Assembly: GCA_045603485.1 (NCBI GenBank)
Contig: JAZUMF010000118.1
Span: forward strand, 1,216-65,215
Direction of reading: 5' to 3'
DNA: 64,000 nt
DNA from: Kiritimatiellia bacterium
GTDB lineage: Bacteria > Verrucomicrobiota > Kiritimatiellia > RFP12 > JAAYLN01
This document shows, piece after piece, positions 26,170-35,890 of the stretch (within the stretch, counting starts at the first letter, position 1; each line of letters starts with the position of its first letter). A model generated the notes under the pieces. The model was not told the origin of the DNA. It made no database searches and saw only the letters and a program-made list of their open reading frames with translations. The position numbers were made by a program, and so were the translations under genes.

Positions 26170-26700
26170 GAAAAAGACAATCTTTAAAGATGTTGTAGTT
26201 TTAATTTTAAGGCAGAGGCGCAGAGAGTTTTTAAAAGTCGTAGTTAAAATTCTCGCGCAGAGACGCAGAGCCGCAGAGAGTGCAGAGAATTTTAAAAGTC
26301 GTATTTAAAAGTCCTCACGCAGAGGTGCAGAGAAAAGTGTGAGATTTTGTTCCGCACCATAATCTCATTTTGGGTGTGTGAAAAATTAGAATGTTTGTTG
26401 TTAGAATATTGTGAAGGGAAACGGGAAGGACTGTCCCCTAAAAAAGTTATAAAAAGTTTTAACGCAGAGAATGCAGAGGCGCAAAGACGCAGAGAAATTG
26501 TGATACCGACTATTTATTGTGTTAGTATAGTGGGGTTAGGTTGTAGTGTCAAGTGTAATTGTCTGACACTTAAAAGTTGCTTACGCTACTTGGAGAAGAG
26601 GAGATTGGGAGATGGGGAGTTTTACCGTGTGAAAAACTGTCAAACTGTCAAACTATCAAACTGCTCCTACTTGCAAACTTTGCTTAAGCTATGGGAAATT
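26170..26700. repeat. Intergenic mosaic of repeat modules (A), shared with 46920-48300
   Basis: Many (C/G)GCAGAG units; 26307-26439 matches 47368-47509; 26461-26612 matches 48166-48284; 26629-26692 matches 46978-47039 and 47744-47808. Confidence 0.9.
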
Positions 26701-28182
26701 TAGGTATTTTCTTAGGGTGTTGGTTGATATGCCCAGCTCTTTTGCCGCGATGCCTGTTGACTGTCCGCAAGCGTCATAGACGCGTTTTGCGTGTAATGCC
26801 ATGGCCTCTTCCATGTTGTTTGGGAGTTCGCTTTTATCTGCGGTATTTTTGCGTTTTTGTGAAAGCGGCGCCATGCGTTTTCTTGCTTGGGTTATGAGCC
26901 CTGTGAAATCGGTCAATTCAAAAACATGAGCTCTTTCCAGGAGGTTCATGAGTTCGCGGACATTACCTGGCCAATCGTATGAGCTTAGGGCTTCGGCTTG
27001 TTCGTCTGTCAGGAGGTTGTGACCTAATTTTGTCCACTTTTTGTCGGCGATTCTTCTTATGTCGTCTTTGCGTTCGCGTAGGGGCGGGCTTTGAAGCTCT
27101 ACGACGGCAAGTCTATAATATAGGTCTTCTCTGAAGCTGCCGTTTGCTGCCATTTCAACGAGATTTCTATTTGTGGCGGCGATTACTCTGACATTTACTG
27201 AGATTTCTGTTTTGCCGCCCATTCTGAAGAAGCGGCCTTCTTCAAGTATTCTTAGGAGGACGCCTTGGGCGGGTAGGGGGAGTTCTCCTATTTCATCGAG
27301 AAAGAGTGTGCCGCCATCGGCTATCTCAAAGATTCCTTCGCGCCTTTCGTTTGCCCCTGTGAATGCTCCTTTTTCGTAGCCGAGGAAGCGGCTTTCCAGC
27401 AGTTCGGGTGAGACGCTTGCACAGTTGAAGGCTATAAATGACTCTTCTTTTCTTGGCGACGCTTGATGTATCTGAAGGGCGATTGTCTCTTTGCCTGTGC
27501 CGCTTTCGCCTATGATTAGTACTCGGGCGTTATCTACTTTTGCCGCTTGAATTAGTTTTGTCTTTAGTTTTTTTATGGCGGCGCTGCCGCCGATGAGTTC
27601 TCTATTGCCGTAGTCCAGATAAAATTTCAGCAGTTGTTTTTCGGATGAGCTCCAGTGCGATTCGGTGTCAAGTGCCGCGATGTGGTTTATTACATTGTGA
27701 TAGGGGGTGCTATCAGAGTAGTTGCGGAAAGCGTACTGGGATGCTTCAAAAAGGGGCTCGTAGAGATGCTTGACCGCTTCTATCGGGGTGGGGTCGGCAT
27801 TTAGGTGTTCTGCAACGATGCGATGGAGTTCTTGCTTGTCGTTATAGTATACTTCCAATGGCGCATCGTTTAACTCTTGCGGCGGTGGTTTTGTGCTGAA
27901 CCATTTTACCTTTGTGCCTTGTTCCGCTAAGTGGTTTAGTGCGGAAATGAGTTCCTTGAGGCTGGCATCAAGGGCGATACCTGTTATCAATATTTCGGGA
28001 ATCGTCTCTTTGCCGTTGGCATATTCGGCAAGGCGCATTGGAAGCCGTGCCTTGCTGGTGCAGGTTATACGGAGCGATTTAAATGGGTAATGGCGGACGG
28101 CTATTGCCGCCGCCATTGCAAAATCCATAAGCCCCAAGCCTGTTATCAGGATTGAGGAGACGGATTCGTTTTTGCGCGCCAT
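26689..28182 (-). CDS. Sigma-54-dependent transcriptional activator (bEBP) with atypical N-terminal domain
   Basis: Walker A GESGTGKE, intact GAFTGA, Walker B TLFLDEIG, FREDLYYRL, WPGNVREL, C-terminal HTH AAKELGISTNTL. Confidence 0.92.
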   Translation of the reverse strand: MARKNESVSSILITGLGLMDFAMAAAIAVRHYPFKSLRITCTSKARLPMRLAEYANGKETIPEILITGIALDASLKELISALNHLAEQGTKVKWFSTKPPPQELNDAPLEVYYNDKQELHRIVAEHLNADPTPIEAVKHLYEPLFEASQYAFRNYSDSTPYHNVINHIAALDTESHWSSSEKQLLKFYLDYGNRELIGGSAAIKKLKTKLIQAAKVDNARVLIIGESGTGKETIALQIHQASPRKEESFIAFNCASVSPELLESRFLGYEKGAFTGANERREGIFEIADGGTLFLDEIGELPLPAQGVLLRILEEGRFFRMGGKTEISVNVRVIAATNRNLVEMAANGSFREDLYYRLAVVELQSPPLRERKDDIRRIADKKWTKLGHNLLTDEQAEALSSYDWPGNVRELMNLLERAHVFELTDFTGLITQARKRMAPLSQKRKNTADKSELPNNMEEAMALHAKRVYDACGQSTGIAAKELGISTNTLRKYLNFP

Positions 28183-28205
28183 ATATTGGTCTTTCTATGG
28201 CTATA

Positions 28206-29702
28206 TCAACCGCAGTGGAAATATGTGCGGACGAGCTTCAGCATGGCCTCTGTGTCGCCTGTCACTTCTGCGCGCAGATTTTCATCGTTGAAGTCTGCGA
28301 GGCGTTTTGCGACGGAGTCGATCATTGCGGGTGTGAATACACCTTTGGCTTCGTAGTAGCCACGCTGTGAAAGGAGGCACTTGGAGGATGCCGCGCATGA
28401 GTCGGGGAGTTGTGAGAGGGAGGCTACGAGTGCCTTGTGTTCGTCGCTGTGGATGTTGACATTGACATAGGTCTTTTCAGCGAGCTCAAGGGCATTTTCC
28501 ATTTCAAAGCCTGTGCGGCAGGCGACGCAAAGTGCCGCGAGTAGCATAAAGAGGTCTGCGGAGGCGTCGGGTGAGCGCATTTCAACGGTCTGCTTTTGAC
28601 CTGCGAGTCGCTTTACCGGCTTTTCAAGAGGATTCGCCTGACTGCACATGTCTTTGTCGGATGTCCAGCCGAGTGGAACGCGTACCAATACTGATCGGTT
28701 GCGGTCGCCCCAGCAGACATTGGTGGGGGCTTCTTGATGGGGAACGAGGCGAAGATACGATGTCGGGTTGGCGTTGCCGAAGGCTGTGATTGATGGTGCC
28801 AATGTCATCATTCCTGCGATCGCTTTGCGTGCGACTTCGGAGAGAGCACCGTTTTCCAGCATGAGGTTGGTGCCGTCTTTCATGATTCGCATGTGGATGT
28901 GAAGTCCCGAGCCAGCCTTGCCAACGGTGATTTTTGGTGCGAATGTGACATCAAAGTTGTTTTCGTAGGCGAGGTTGCGGATGACCCACTTTGCGAGGAG
29001 CAGCTGGTAGGCTGAATTTTCGGCGGGCCCTGGCAGAAACTCGATTTCGTTTTGCTCGTAAATTTTGCCGTCGAGTGAGAAATTACCTACTTCGGAGTGG
29101 CCGTATTTGATTTTGCCGCCGACTTGCGCGAGGTATTGCATGCAGAGTTGACGGAATTCGTTGAACTTTGCATATGGTGCGGACTCATGGTAGCCGCGCT
29201 GGTCTGTTGCGGGGAATTGCCCGTCGTCTTCGGCAATTACATAATACTCGAGCTCGCCCATCGCTTCGAAATCCATGCCGGTTGTTTCATTGAAGGCTTT
29301 GCAGGCGCGTTGCAATGCACGGGCGGGCGAGGAGGATAGCGGATTGCCGTCTTTGTCAAAGTATTCGCAGATGATTGAGACGGTCGGGAGTTGTGCGAAT
29401 GGGTCTAGGAAGGCCGTTGAGAAGCGAGGTATCACATAGAGGTCACTGGAGCCTGCTTCGATGAAGGGGAAGAGGGAGGAGCCGTCAACTCTTTCGCCGC
29501 ATGAGAGTATCTCTTCGAGATATGCACGGTCGTGAATTATGAAGTTGAGTGTTTTTAGGCGTCCATCAGCGGCTGGGTACATGAAGTTGACATGGCGAAT
29601 CTCATTTGAAACGATGTATTCAATGATATCTTCGCGAGTAAAGTCAACAGGCTCTTTGCCGATTGCTGCAGCTAGAAGATGAGCTGGATAATTTAATGCC
29701 AT
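28206..29702 (-). CDS. glnA: Glutamine synthetase type I family
   Basis: ERVDGSSLF, MGELEYY, HSEVG, QNEIEF, GSGLHIH, YLRLVPHQEAP, WGDRNRSVLVRVP, EMRSPD; ATG 29702 preferred. Confidence 0.92.
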   Translation of the reverse strand: MALNYPAHLLAAAIGKEPVDFTREDIIEYIVSNEIRHVNFMYPAADGRLKTLNFIIHDRAYLEEILSCGERVDGSSLFPFIEAGSSDLYVIPRFSTAFLDPFAQLPTVSIICEYFDKDGNPLSSSPARALQRACKAFNETTGMDFEAMGELEYYVIAEDDGQFPATDQRGYHESAPYAKFNEFRQLCMQYLAQVGGKIKYGHSEVGNFSLDGKIYEQNEIEFLPGPAENSAYQLLLAKWVIRNLAYENNFDVTFAPKITVGKAGSGLHIHMRIMKDGTNLMLENGALSEVARKAIAGMMTLAPSITAFGNANPTSYLRLVPHQEAPTNVCWGDRNRSVLVRVPLGWTSDKDMCSQANPLEKPVKRLAGQKQTVEMRSPDASADLFMLLAALCVACRTGFEMENALELAEKTYVNVNIHSDEHKALVASLSQLPDSCAASSKCLLSQRGYYEAKGVFTPAMIDSVAKRLADFNDENLRAEVTGDTEAMLKLVRTYFHCG

Positions 29703-29787
29703 GGGATGTTCTTTCTTTTGTAGTTGATTTTGATTCAAGTATTCTACCAAACCTTATCGAATGAGGCAACTGATGATTTGCGCAAAA

Positions 29788-30444
29788 TTATGAGACGGCC
29801 GGGTGGAGGTATACGGGCAATGGGTCGCGGACGGCTGCGTCAGGATATGCAATGTACAACATGGCCAAATCCTTTGCGGTTACTTGTCCATCGCCTTGAA
29901 TTAACTTGCAATCGGCGAGTGAATTTAGGAGGGCTGAGAGTTTTGCATATTCCGGTGTGAGTAGGTGTGAGCCTTTTTCGATATGCTCTGACAGCTCTTC
30001 TTTAGTTATCAGGACGGGGGCTTTGGCAATGGCTTCGGTTGTCGCGTTTGAGAAGTCATAGCCGGCAAGCCAGAGTTTGCCTCGTCTTGCGTCTCCTACG
30101 ATTGCTACTTTGTCGGCATTTGTCTGTTTGTGGTGTGCGTAGGCCATTGCCGCAACGGATGTGACACCTAGAACCGGTGTCTTGGTCGGGAGAGCAAGTC
30201 CCTGAATCGCTGCCAGGACTGCGCGGATGCCAGAGAATGAGCCAGGGCCGGTACCGACTAGATAGGCCTGTATGTCGCTTGGCTTGAGATTTTCTTTGGT
30301 GAGGCCTTCAAGTATTGAGGGAAACCAAGTGGGTGAGCGTGGCAATGCCTCTTGGAAGAAGCCGTCGATTATGACGGTATCATCATTGAGGAGTGCCCAT
30401 GAGCCTTTCGACTGCGAGCGGTCAATTGCTAGTAGTAGCGGCAT
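29788..30444 (-). CDS. tsaB: tRNA threonylcarbamoyladenosine biosynthesis protein TsaB (M22 family)
   Basis: LLAIDRS, VGTGPGSFSGIR, DARRGKLW; start at 30444 overlaps upstream stop. Confidence 0.85.
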   Translation of the reverse strand: MPLLLAIDRSQSKGSWALLNDDTVIIDGFFQEALPRSPTWFPSILEGLTKENLKPSDIQAYLVGTGPGSFSGIRAVLAAIQGLALPTKTPVLGVTSVAAMAYAHHKQTNADKVAIVGDARRGKLWLAGYDFSNATTEAIAKAPVLITKEELSEHIEKGSHLLTPEYAKLSALLNSLADCKLIQGDGQVTAKDLAMLYIAYPDAAVRDPLPVYLHPAVS

Positions 30445-31166
30445 TAGAGGTTCTCCCCGGTCTTTTTGTTGCTTTTGAGCATGGGGACGATATCGATGAC
30501 ATCTGCCCATTCTGTGTCGGGGTCTTCGGTGATGATCTTAATCTTTTCTTCGAAATAGTTCCACATCTCGTCGTAGTTCATCATTTCGTAGCTATGGCCC
30601 CAGAAATAAAAGACTCCTGTTTCTTTGGCCTTGTCGTAGCGTGTCCAGAAGTCGCGTTGGAGGAAGTGGCAGTTGGAGGCGAGGGCGAGTGGCTCTTCGC
30701 AGTCCGTGACATCGTATGTTGTAAGGGTTGAGCGACCGTATGAGAAGCCTTTTTCGCGGAGCTTGTCAATTGCACCTTGTGTGACTTTTCCGTTAGGCCA
30801 TGCGAAGCCTGTGCATGGGCGCTGGAAGAGGTCTTCAAGATATTTGCGTGCATCGTAGGCTTTGATTATCCATTCGTCGTCAGGAATGGTGCCGGCGGTT
30901 TCATGCTGCCAGCAGTGTGATGCGACTTGGAAGCCTTTATATATTTCAGGAAGTTCGCCAATTGCAAGCTTGCCGCTGCGGTAACCTTGATGGCTCCATG
31001 TATTTGCAGGAGTAGGCTGAGGAACCCAACATGCTTCGCGGCGCTTTTCACCGTGGTTTCCTGGATTGAGGTTGAATGTCGCTTTGGCCCCGTATTTGCG
31101 GAGGATTTCCACAAGTCTTACATCGGTTGTGACTCCATCGTCCCAGCATTGTACTACTTTCATCAT
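30444..31166 (-). CDS. Polysaccharide deacetylase (NodB/CE4 family)
   Basis: CWDDGV, GAKATFNLN, ASHCWQH, GFAWPNG, FYFWGHSYE. Confidence 0.8.
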   Translation of the reverse strand: MMKVVQCWDDGVTTDVRLVEILRKYGAKATFNLNPGNHGEKRREACWVPQPTPANTWSHQGYRSGKLAIGELPEIYKGFQVASHCWQHETAGTIPDDEWIIKAYDARKYLEDLFQRPCTGFAWPNGKVTQGAIDKLREKGFSYGRSTLTTYDVTDCEEPLALASNCHFLQRDFWTRYDKAKETGVFYFWGHSYEMMNYDEMWNYFEEKIKIITEDPDTEWADVIDIVPMLKSNKKTGENL

Positions 31167-31179
31167 GATGTGATTCCTT

Positions 31180-31941
31180 TCAATTAGAGTTGTTTGCGGT
31201 GACGGTCGCTCCACTGAGCGCGCCTGCTATTGCCGCTATGGCAATGTCGGTGCGAAGGGCTCTGTCACCTAGTGTCAGTGGTTTGAAATCTGCTTTTTCA
31301 AGGAGGCTGAGTTCAAATTCAGTCCATCCGCCTTCGGGGCCGATTGCAATGAGCGGAATGTCGGCATCTTGCGGGGGATTTTGCGTGAAGGGTTCCAGCG
31401 GCCTGTTGTTGCCGTTGAGTCGCGGTTGTGCTACCAGTTTGGGGCTGTTTGGGAATCTTTGCGGTATTTGGTCTTCGATGAAGGGCTTGAAGGCCTTGAT
31501 AATTTCAACGGAGGGCATCTGGGTCGTGCAGGATTGTTCAAGCCCTTCTTGCAGGAGCGGGGTGTATGAGTCGGGATTGAGCCAATGGGTGTCGAAGTAG
31601 CACTTTTCGACTTTGGCGGCATTTATCAGTATGATTTGGCGTACTCCAAGTGAGGCGAGGGGAGCCCACAGACGATGGAGGACTTTGGGCCTTGGAACGG
31701 CAAGCATTATATCAAACCAGGGGGCAGGTGGGTCTTTATCGAGATTGAAGGACGCGAGTGTGACAATCCCTTTATCGATTGATTCCACTTTTGCGGTTCC
31801 TGCTTTGCCGTTGAGGATTCCCACTCTCAGCCATTCTCCCGCTTTTGGCTTGAGAACGCCTGCGATGTGTCTGGCGCGCCTGTCGTTAAGAATGGCGCGT
31901 CCAGAGGAGATTTCTTCTTTTTTTAGCAGGATGAGGTTCAT
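31180..31941 (-). CDS. rsmE: 16S rRNA m3U1498 methyltransferase
   Basis: RHIAGVL, EGLEQS, IAIGPEGGWTEFE, LGDRALRTDIA (SPOUT). Confidence 0.88.
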   Translation of the reverse strand: MNLILLKKEEISSGRAILNDRRARHIAGVLKPKAGEWLRVGILNGKAGTAKVESIDKGIVTLASFNLDKDPPAPWFDIMLAVPRPKVLHRLWAPLASLGVRQIILINAAKVEKCYFDTHWLNPDSYTPLLQEGLEQSCTTQMPSVEIIKAFKPFIEDQIPQRFPNSPKLVAQPRLNGNNRPLEPFTQNPPQDADIPLIAIGPEGGWTEFELSLLEKADFKPLTLGDRALRTDIAIAAIAGALSGATVTANNSN

Positions 31942-34900
31942 TTTGCCAATTTTATGAGGATAGTATTTTGGCTTGGCTTCTCGATTTTCCGGTTTAATTC
32001 CTGAATTGTTTTCATAAATTCAGGTGCGATAATCGTTCTTATTTCCTGAAGTCTTTTGAAGTATGAGGAAATTACTTTGCGGTCGTTTTGCTCGAAATCG
32101 TTGATGATGCATTCTGTGATACCTAGCCCTAGATCGAAATGATGCCACTTGAAACTTTCAGGCTTGGATAATATTTTTTCGGTTTCGGGCGGCAGATGAA
32201 TTTCAACATAACTCCCTAACGGTATTTCGTCTTTGAGAAGCATGGGGAGTGTTCTGTCGTTTGTGTCGCTTGGAATTGCGGTTTTATTGTTCATCAGGGG
32301 GATTGAAAGAATGTCACCTGTCTTGGTGGCAAAATTAGGTATGAATGCCGAGTATGAGACGACATGGGGGACAGATTCGAAATCTGTTGAAATTTCACCG
32401 ACCGGTTTGGCCCCTATCGCTATTTCACCGGCAAGAGTCTGATGGTGCCTGGAGAGCATTTCAGGGGTTGTTTCTTCGTAGAATTTACGGATTTTTCCTG
32501 TCAGGCTGCCACCGTATGAATTGGATATCGTGCACATTGCATCTCCATTTTTGTCGACTGAGAATGTAGCCGATAAAATTTTCATATCCATGTGCATATT
32601 TTCGGTGCATATTTGAATAAACGGACTTTCTTCATCTGCATTGCACGGGTGAGGCGCAATTGCAATGTGGTTTGCCAAAGTTGTTGCACCCCATGCGGTA
32701 TATTCGTTGGTATCATTGAAATAGATGGGATTGCTCTCATTATCGAAATATACTTCCACGAGCGGATATGTGAATGTATGCGGGTTGGGAGATTTATAGA
32801 GGGGATAATCATCCAAATTCCAATTCTCTATCATCCGTTTTTCGTCTGCAAGGACAATGCGATTGTCGATACCGGATTCAGAGAGGAGTGCCGACATGAC
32901 AATTGCTCTGTCAAAAAGGTTGCCGTAGCCGTCAGCCAAAATTTTATCCGCTGGAGTCGCTTGCAGCGGGATTTTAGAAAATGTGGGACCAGCAAGCCTT
33001 ATCTTACGCATGACATAATAACGGATATTCAAGGCTTTTATTTGAGGCATATCCCAGTTTGATGTCAATTCCAGCGCAAGGCTGGCGCAGTCTTTTGAGT
33101 TTTCGGGTGATGTGCCGTCAGAGATAATTTCTTTTAGTTGTTTTTTGTAATGCTCCCAACCGTTTGGTGTTGAGATGTGGAGGGTCATCGCGTGAGCAAA
33201 TTGCGGCGGCGTATTTTCTTCGCGCGGATAAGCAGGCGGATTGTCAACGGTTATGGCAAGCTCCTCTATCCCGTTGTTGGTCGTTATGTTTCCAACGCAT
33301 GGAAGCTCATTCATTAAATTGAAAAGAATATCGTTTGTCACGCTTGAACGCAGCGTAAATGTGTTTTTAAGTATCGGATCGGTTGACTGGAAGCAGTATT
33401 CAAACGAGAAAATGGGCGAGTTTGTTACTGTCCTGCGGTAGGATGTTGTTATGACAGAGCCTATTTCAACGGCAGGAAGACTTAATACCATTGTTTTTCT
33501 GGCGGGATACCGCGGCGCAAGCGCTACCCAGTTTTCGTCCATGATGTTGATTTCTTCTGGACGGATATAATGAACCTGCCCGTTGAGATTTGAGACAGAG
33601 GCTTCGAGGATGTCAATCTTTTCCATTGCGGGGCAGTAGGAGATTTTTAATTCCGAGTTGTTTTTAAGCCCTGAATATGTGAGTATCTGCTTTACTGTGG
33701 AAACTGTAGTTGTCCATGAAGAGAAATCTATTGCGTCTAAGGTTGTCGATGTGGAGAGTGTGCGTATATCGTACTGCTTTTCAGCATCTTTGCTGTTGGT
33801 CAGAATAACATCTTGCCCGCTTATCGCTTTTATTCTCCGCAAGGTCTCTTTGAGTGCAATATATTGCTCGGGAGAGTATGAGGTCTGATTTACTTCAAAT
33901 CTCTTATGGGCGGTGATATGCGTTTTGCTGTTGTCCTGTTTAAGGTTGATGCTCTGGGAGAAGGTGATGCCGTTAGTCTTGAATGATGTGCTGTCGGGAA
34001 GAGCTATGATTGATTTTGAGTTGTCGTAGGAAAGCTCGATCCGTTCGTCAACGCCGCAGGCATTTTCTGTTTCAAAGGGGAAGCGTCTTTTTTCAAGTCC
34101 CATGCCATCCAAAATGAGATTTACATATCCAAGCGCGGATGTTAGCCATGGAGTGCCGAGCGCTGTTGCGTAATCTCCATTTGCCGGATAGTCATTGGCG
34201 GTAACCAAAAGCGAAACAGACAGCGGCGTTTCGGTGTCTTTGAGATTTTCAGGCTCGATTTTCAATTCGTTCAGTGTCGCATTCGGCGCAATGCTTTTGA
34301 CTGCATTTTCAAAGAACTGGCGACGCTTTTCTTGTGGTGCGCGAATGAGAAAACCGCGGTATGCCGAATCGTTCAGCCCTTCAAAGTCGATTTTTGCTTC
34401 GAGCGTCAAATTGCCGGCCGAGTCAATTTTCCCTTTGCTTTGGGCAAAGACCATATTTGCGCTGGCGGGAACTTCCGGTGAGGTTTTAAGCGTTTCTCCT
34501 TCCGGTGTCGCCACGAGATAACTTTTGCCGGAGAGGTAGGCGGGAAGGAGGTCGGCGGAATTTTCATTTGTCGGATCCATCAGTGTGTAGGTGCCGTCTT
34601 TTTCGCGAACTCCGACAATCGCATGGTTGAAGAAAGTCATCGGGACTTCCTTGTCGCGCTTTTCTCCGACATGAATCAATACGGGGTAGGCGTCAATGGA
34701 GGCAAGGCGCAGCATTGCAACAAGGAGCGCGGCTTTGTCGCGGCATACGCCGTAACGCTTTTCAAAGGTCTCAGAGACATTGTGAGGTTCGTATCCGGGG
34801 GCTTCCGTTTCGGTTGTCACTCCCATGTAGCGTATATTTTGAGAGACCCATGTGTAGATATTCCAAATTTTGTTATGTTCTTCGTCTGATGATTTTGCAA

Positions 34901-35804
34901 GTATTTCATCAACTGTTTTGCGCATTTCATCTGTGACTGTCTCAAGGCGCGGCTTGGAGAGGTTCCAATACCATTTGGAGATGTCTTCCCATTTGTCGGC
35001 GGTACTTAAAAGAAGTCTCTGGCAAACGGTGTGGGCTGGGGGCATATTAGGCTCTGTAAAATATTGTTCGACACCATCGATATCCCATTTGTGCAATGTG
35101 CGTTCATTGTCTGTGTTAAGCGGCTCCGAATAATACTTTATGGTAGCCGGCACTTCGTCTCTGATGACATTCCGCTTAATCGGAAGGCTGTTTGGTGATG
35201 AGATGTAATATGTGTATTTGATTAAAGGCGAGGAGGTTTCAAAGACTTGATAGTCAGACCAGACTTTGGGGATTCTGGCTTTGGAATTTGTTCTCTTGAA
35301 TGCGAGCCTTACAATGTCGCCGATTTGCAGATGGGGATATGAAATTCTCAGAATCTTGTCGTTAGGGTCGTAAATGTTTGAACCCATATAACCGGGGTCG
35401 ATCATAGTCTTTGCGTGCGAAGAGAGGTCTACCGTCAATGTGGTTCCATCTTCTTTTATGATTTCAGCGGCAATTATTTCCACTTTGCCATAAAAAGCAT
35501 TGTAATAAAGCGATGCAGTAGATTCGTTGCGTCGCCCTTTTTCTGTCATGATTTTTGTATAGGTGTCGTCATATACAACAGATGTTCCATCGCTATTGTA
35601 ACTTTCGTATGCTACTGAATCGATAATTACCGTATCAGCATCAGGATATCTTTCGTTAGAAGCAACAGATGAAAGAGCGAGCACATTTTCTTTGATAATA
35701 CGGCGTATCTGGTTGGGTGTAGCCCATTTTGCAGGTACAATTGTTTCTGCAGTTACAGATATTGCCAGAATGAAGAAAAATAAAAGCGAGTTTTTTTTTG
35801 TCAT
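31938..35804 (-). CDS. Secreted tandem DUF3857 + transglutaminase-like protein
   Basis: Signal peptide; first module WVSQNIRY..RYGVCRDKA..FFNHAIV..LMDPT; second similar module with GYGNLFDRA. Confidence 0.8.
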   Translation of the reverse strand: MTKKNSLLFFFILAISVTAETIVPAKWATPNQIRRIIKENVLALSSVASNERYPDADTVIIDSVAYESYNSDGTSVVYDDTYTKIMTEKGRRNESTASLYYNAFYGKVEIIAAEIIKEDGTTLTVDLSSHAKTMIDPGYMGSNIYDPNDKILRISYPHLQIGDIVRLAFKRTNSKARIPKVWSDYQVFETSSPLIKYTYYISSPNSLPIKRNVIRDEVPATIKYYSEPLNTDNERTLHKWDIDGVEQYFTEPNMPPAHTVCQRLLLSTADKWEDISKWYWNLSKPRLETVTDEMRKTVDEILAKSSDEEHNKIWNIYTWVSQNIRYMGVTTETEAPGYEPHNVSETFEKRYGVCRDKAALLVAMLRLASIDAYPVLIHVGEKRDKEVPMTFFNHAIVGVREKDGTYTLMDPTNENSADLLPAYLSGKSYLVATPEGETLKTSPEVPASANMVFAQSKGKIDSAGNLTLEAKIDFEGLNDSAYRGFLIRAPQEKRRQFFENAVKSIAPNATLNELKIEPENLKDTETPLSVSLLVTANDYPANGDYATALGTPWLTSALGYVNLILDGMGLEKRRFPFETENACGVDERIELSYDNSKSIIALPDSTSFKTNGITFSQSINLKQDNSKTHITAHKRFEVNQTSYSPEQYIALKETLRRIKAISGQDVILTNSKDAEKQYDIRTLSTSTTLDAIDFSSWTTTVSTVKQILTYSGLKNNSELKISYCPAMEKIDILEASVSNLNGQVHYIRPEEINIMDENWVALAPRYPARKTMVLSLPAVEIGSVITTSYRRTVTNSPIFSFEYCFQSTDPILKNTFTLRSSVTNDILFNLMNELPCVGNITTNNGIEELAITVDNPPAYPREENTPPQFAHAMTLHISTPNGWEHYKKQLKEIISDGTSPENSKDCASLALELTSNWDMPQIKALNIRYYVMRKIRLAGPTFSKIPLQATPADKILADGYGNLFDRAIVMSALLSESGIDNRIVLADEKRMIENWNLDDYPLYKSPNPHTFTYPLVEVYFDNESNPIYFNDTNEYTAWGATTLANHIAIAPHPCNADEESPFIQICTENMHMDMKILSATFSVDKNGDAMCTISNSYGGSLTGKIRKFYEETTPEMLSRHHQTLAGEIAIGAKPVGEISTDFESVPHVVSYSAFIPNFATKTGDILSIPLMNNKTAIPSDTNDRTLPMLLKDEIPLGSYVEIHLPPETEKILSKPESFKWHHFDLGLGITECIINDFEQNDRKVISSYFKRLQEIRTIIAPEFMKTIQELNRKIEKPSQNTILIKLAK

Positions 35805-35841
35805 TTTTTATCTTATAGCCTTATTCAAAGAATTTAAGAAG

Positions 35842-35876
35842 AAAAGCGGCACCCGGTAGTACGGGCACCGCTTTTT
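35842..35876. terminator. Hairpin terminator downstream of sugar phosphate isomerase gene
   Basis: AAAAGCGG-CACCCG-GTAGTA-CGGGCA-CCGCTTTTT, imperfect stem with A/T runs on both sides. Confidence 0.55.
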
Positions 35877-35890
35877 GCCTGTGTTGGGAT

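Noticed and set aside
26347..26703. 118-aa ORF in repeat mosaic A
   Set aside because: Built from repeat modules, TTG start, overlaps the activator's stop.
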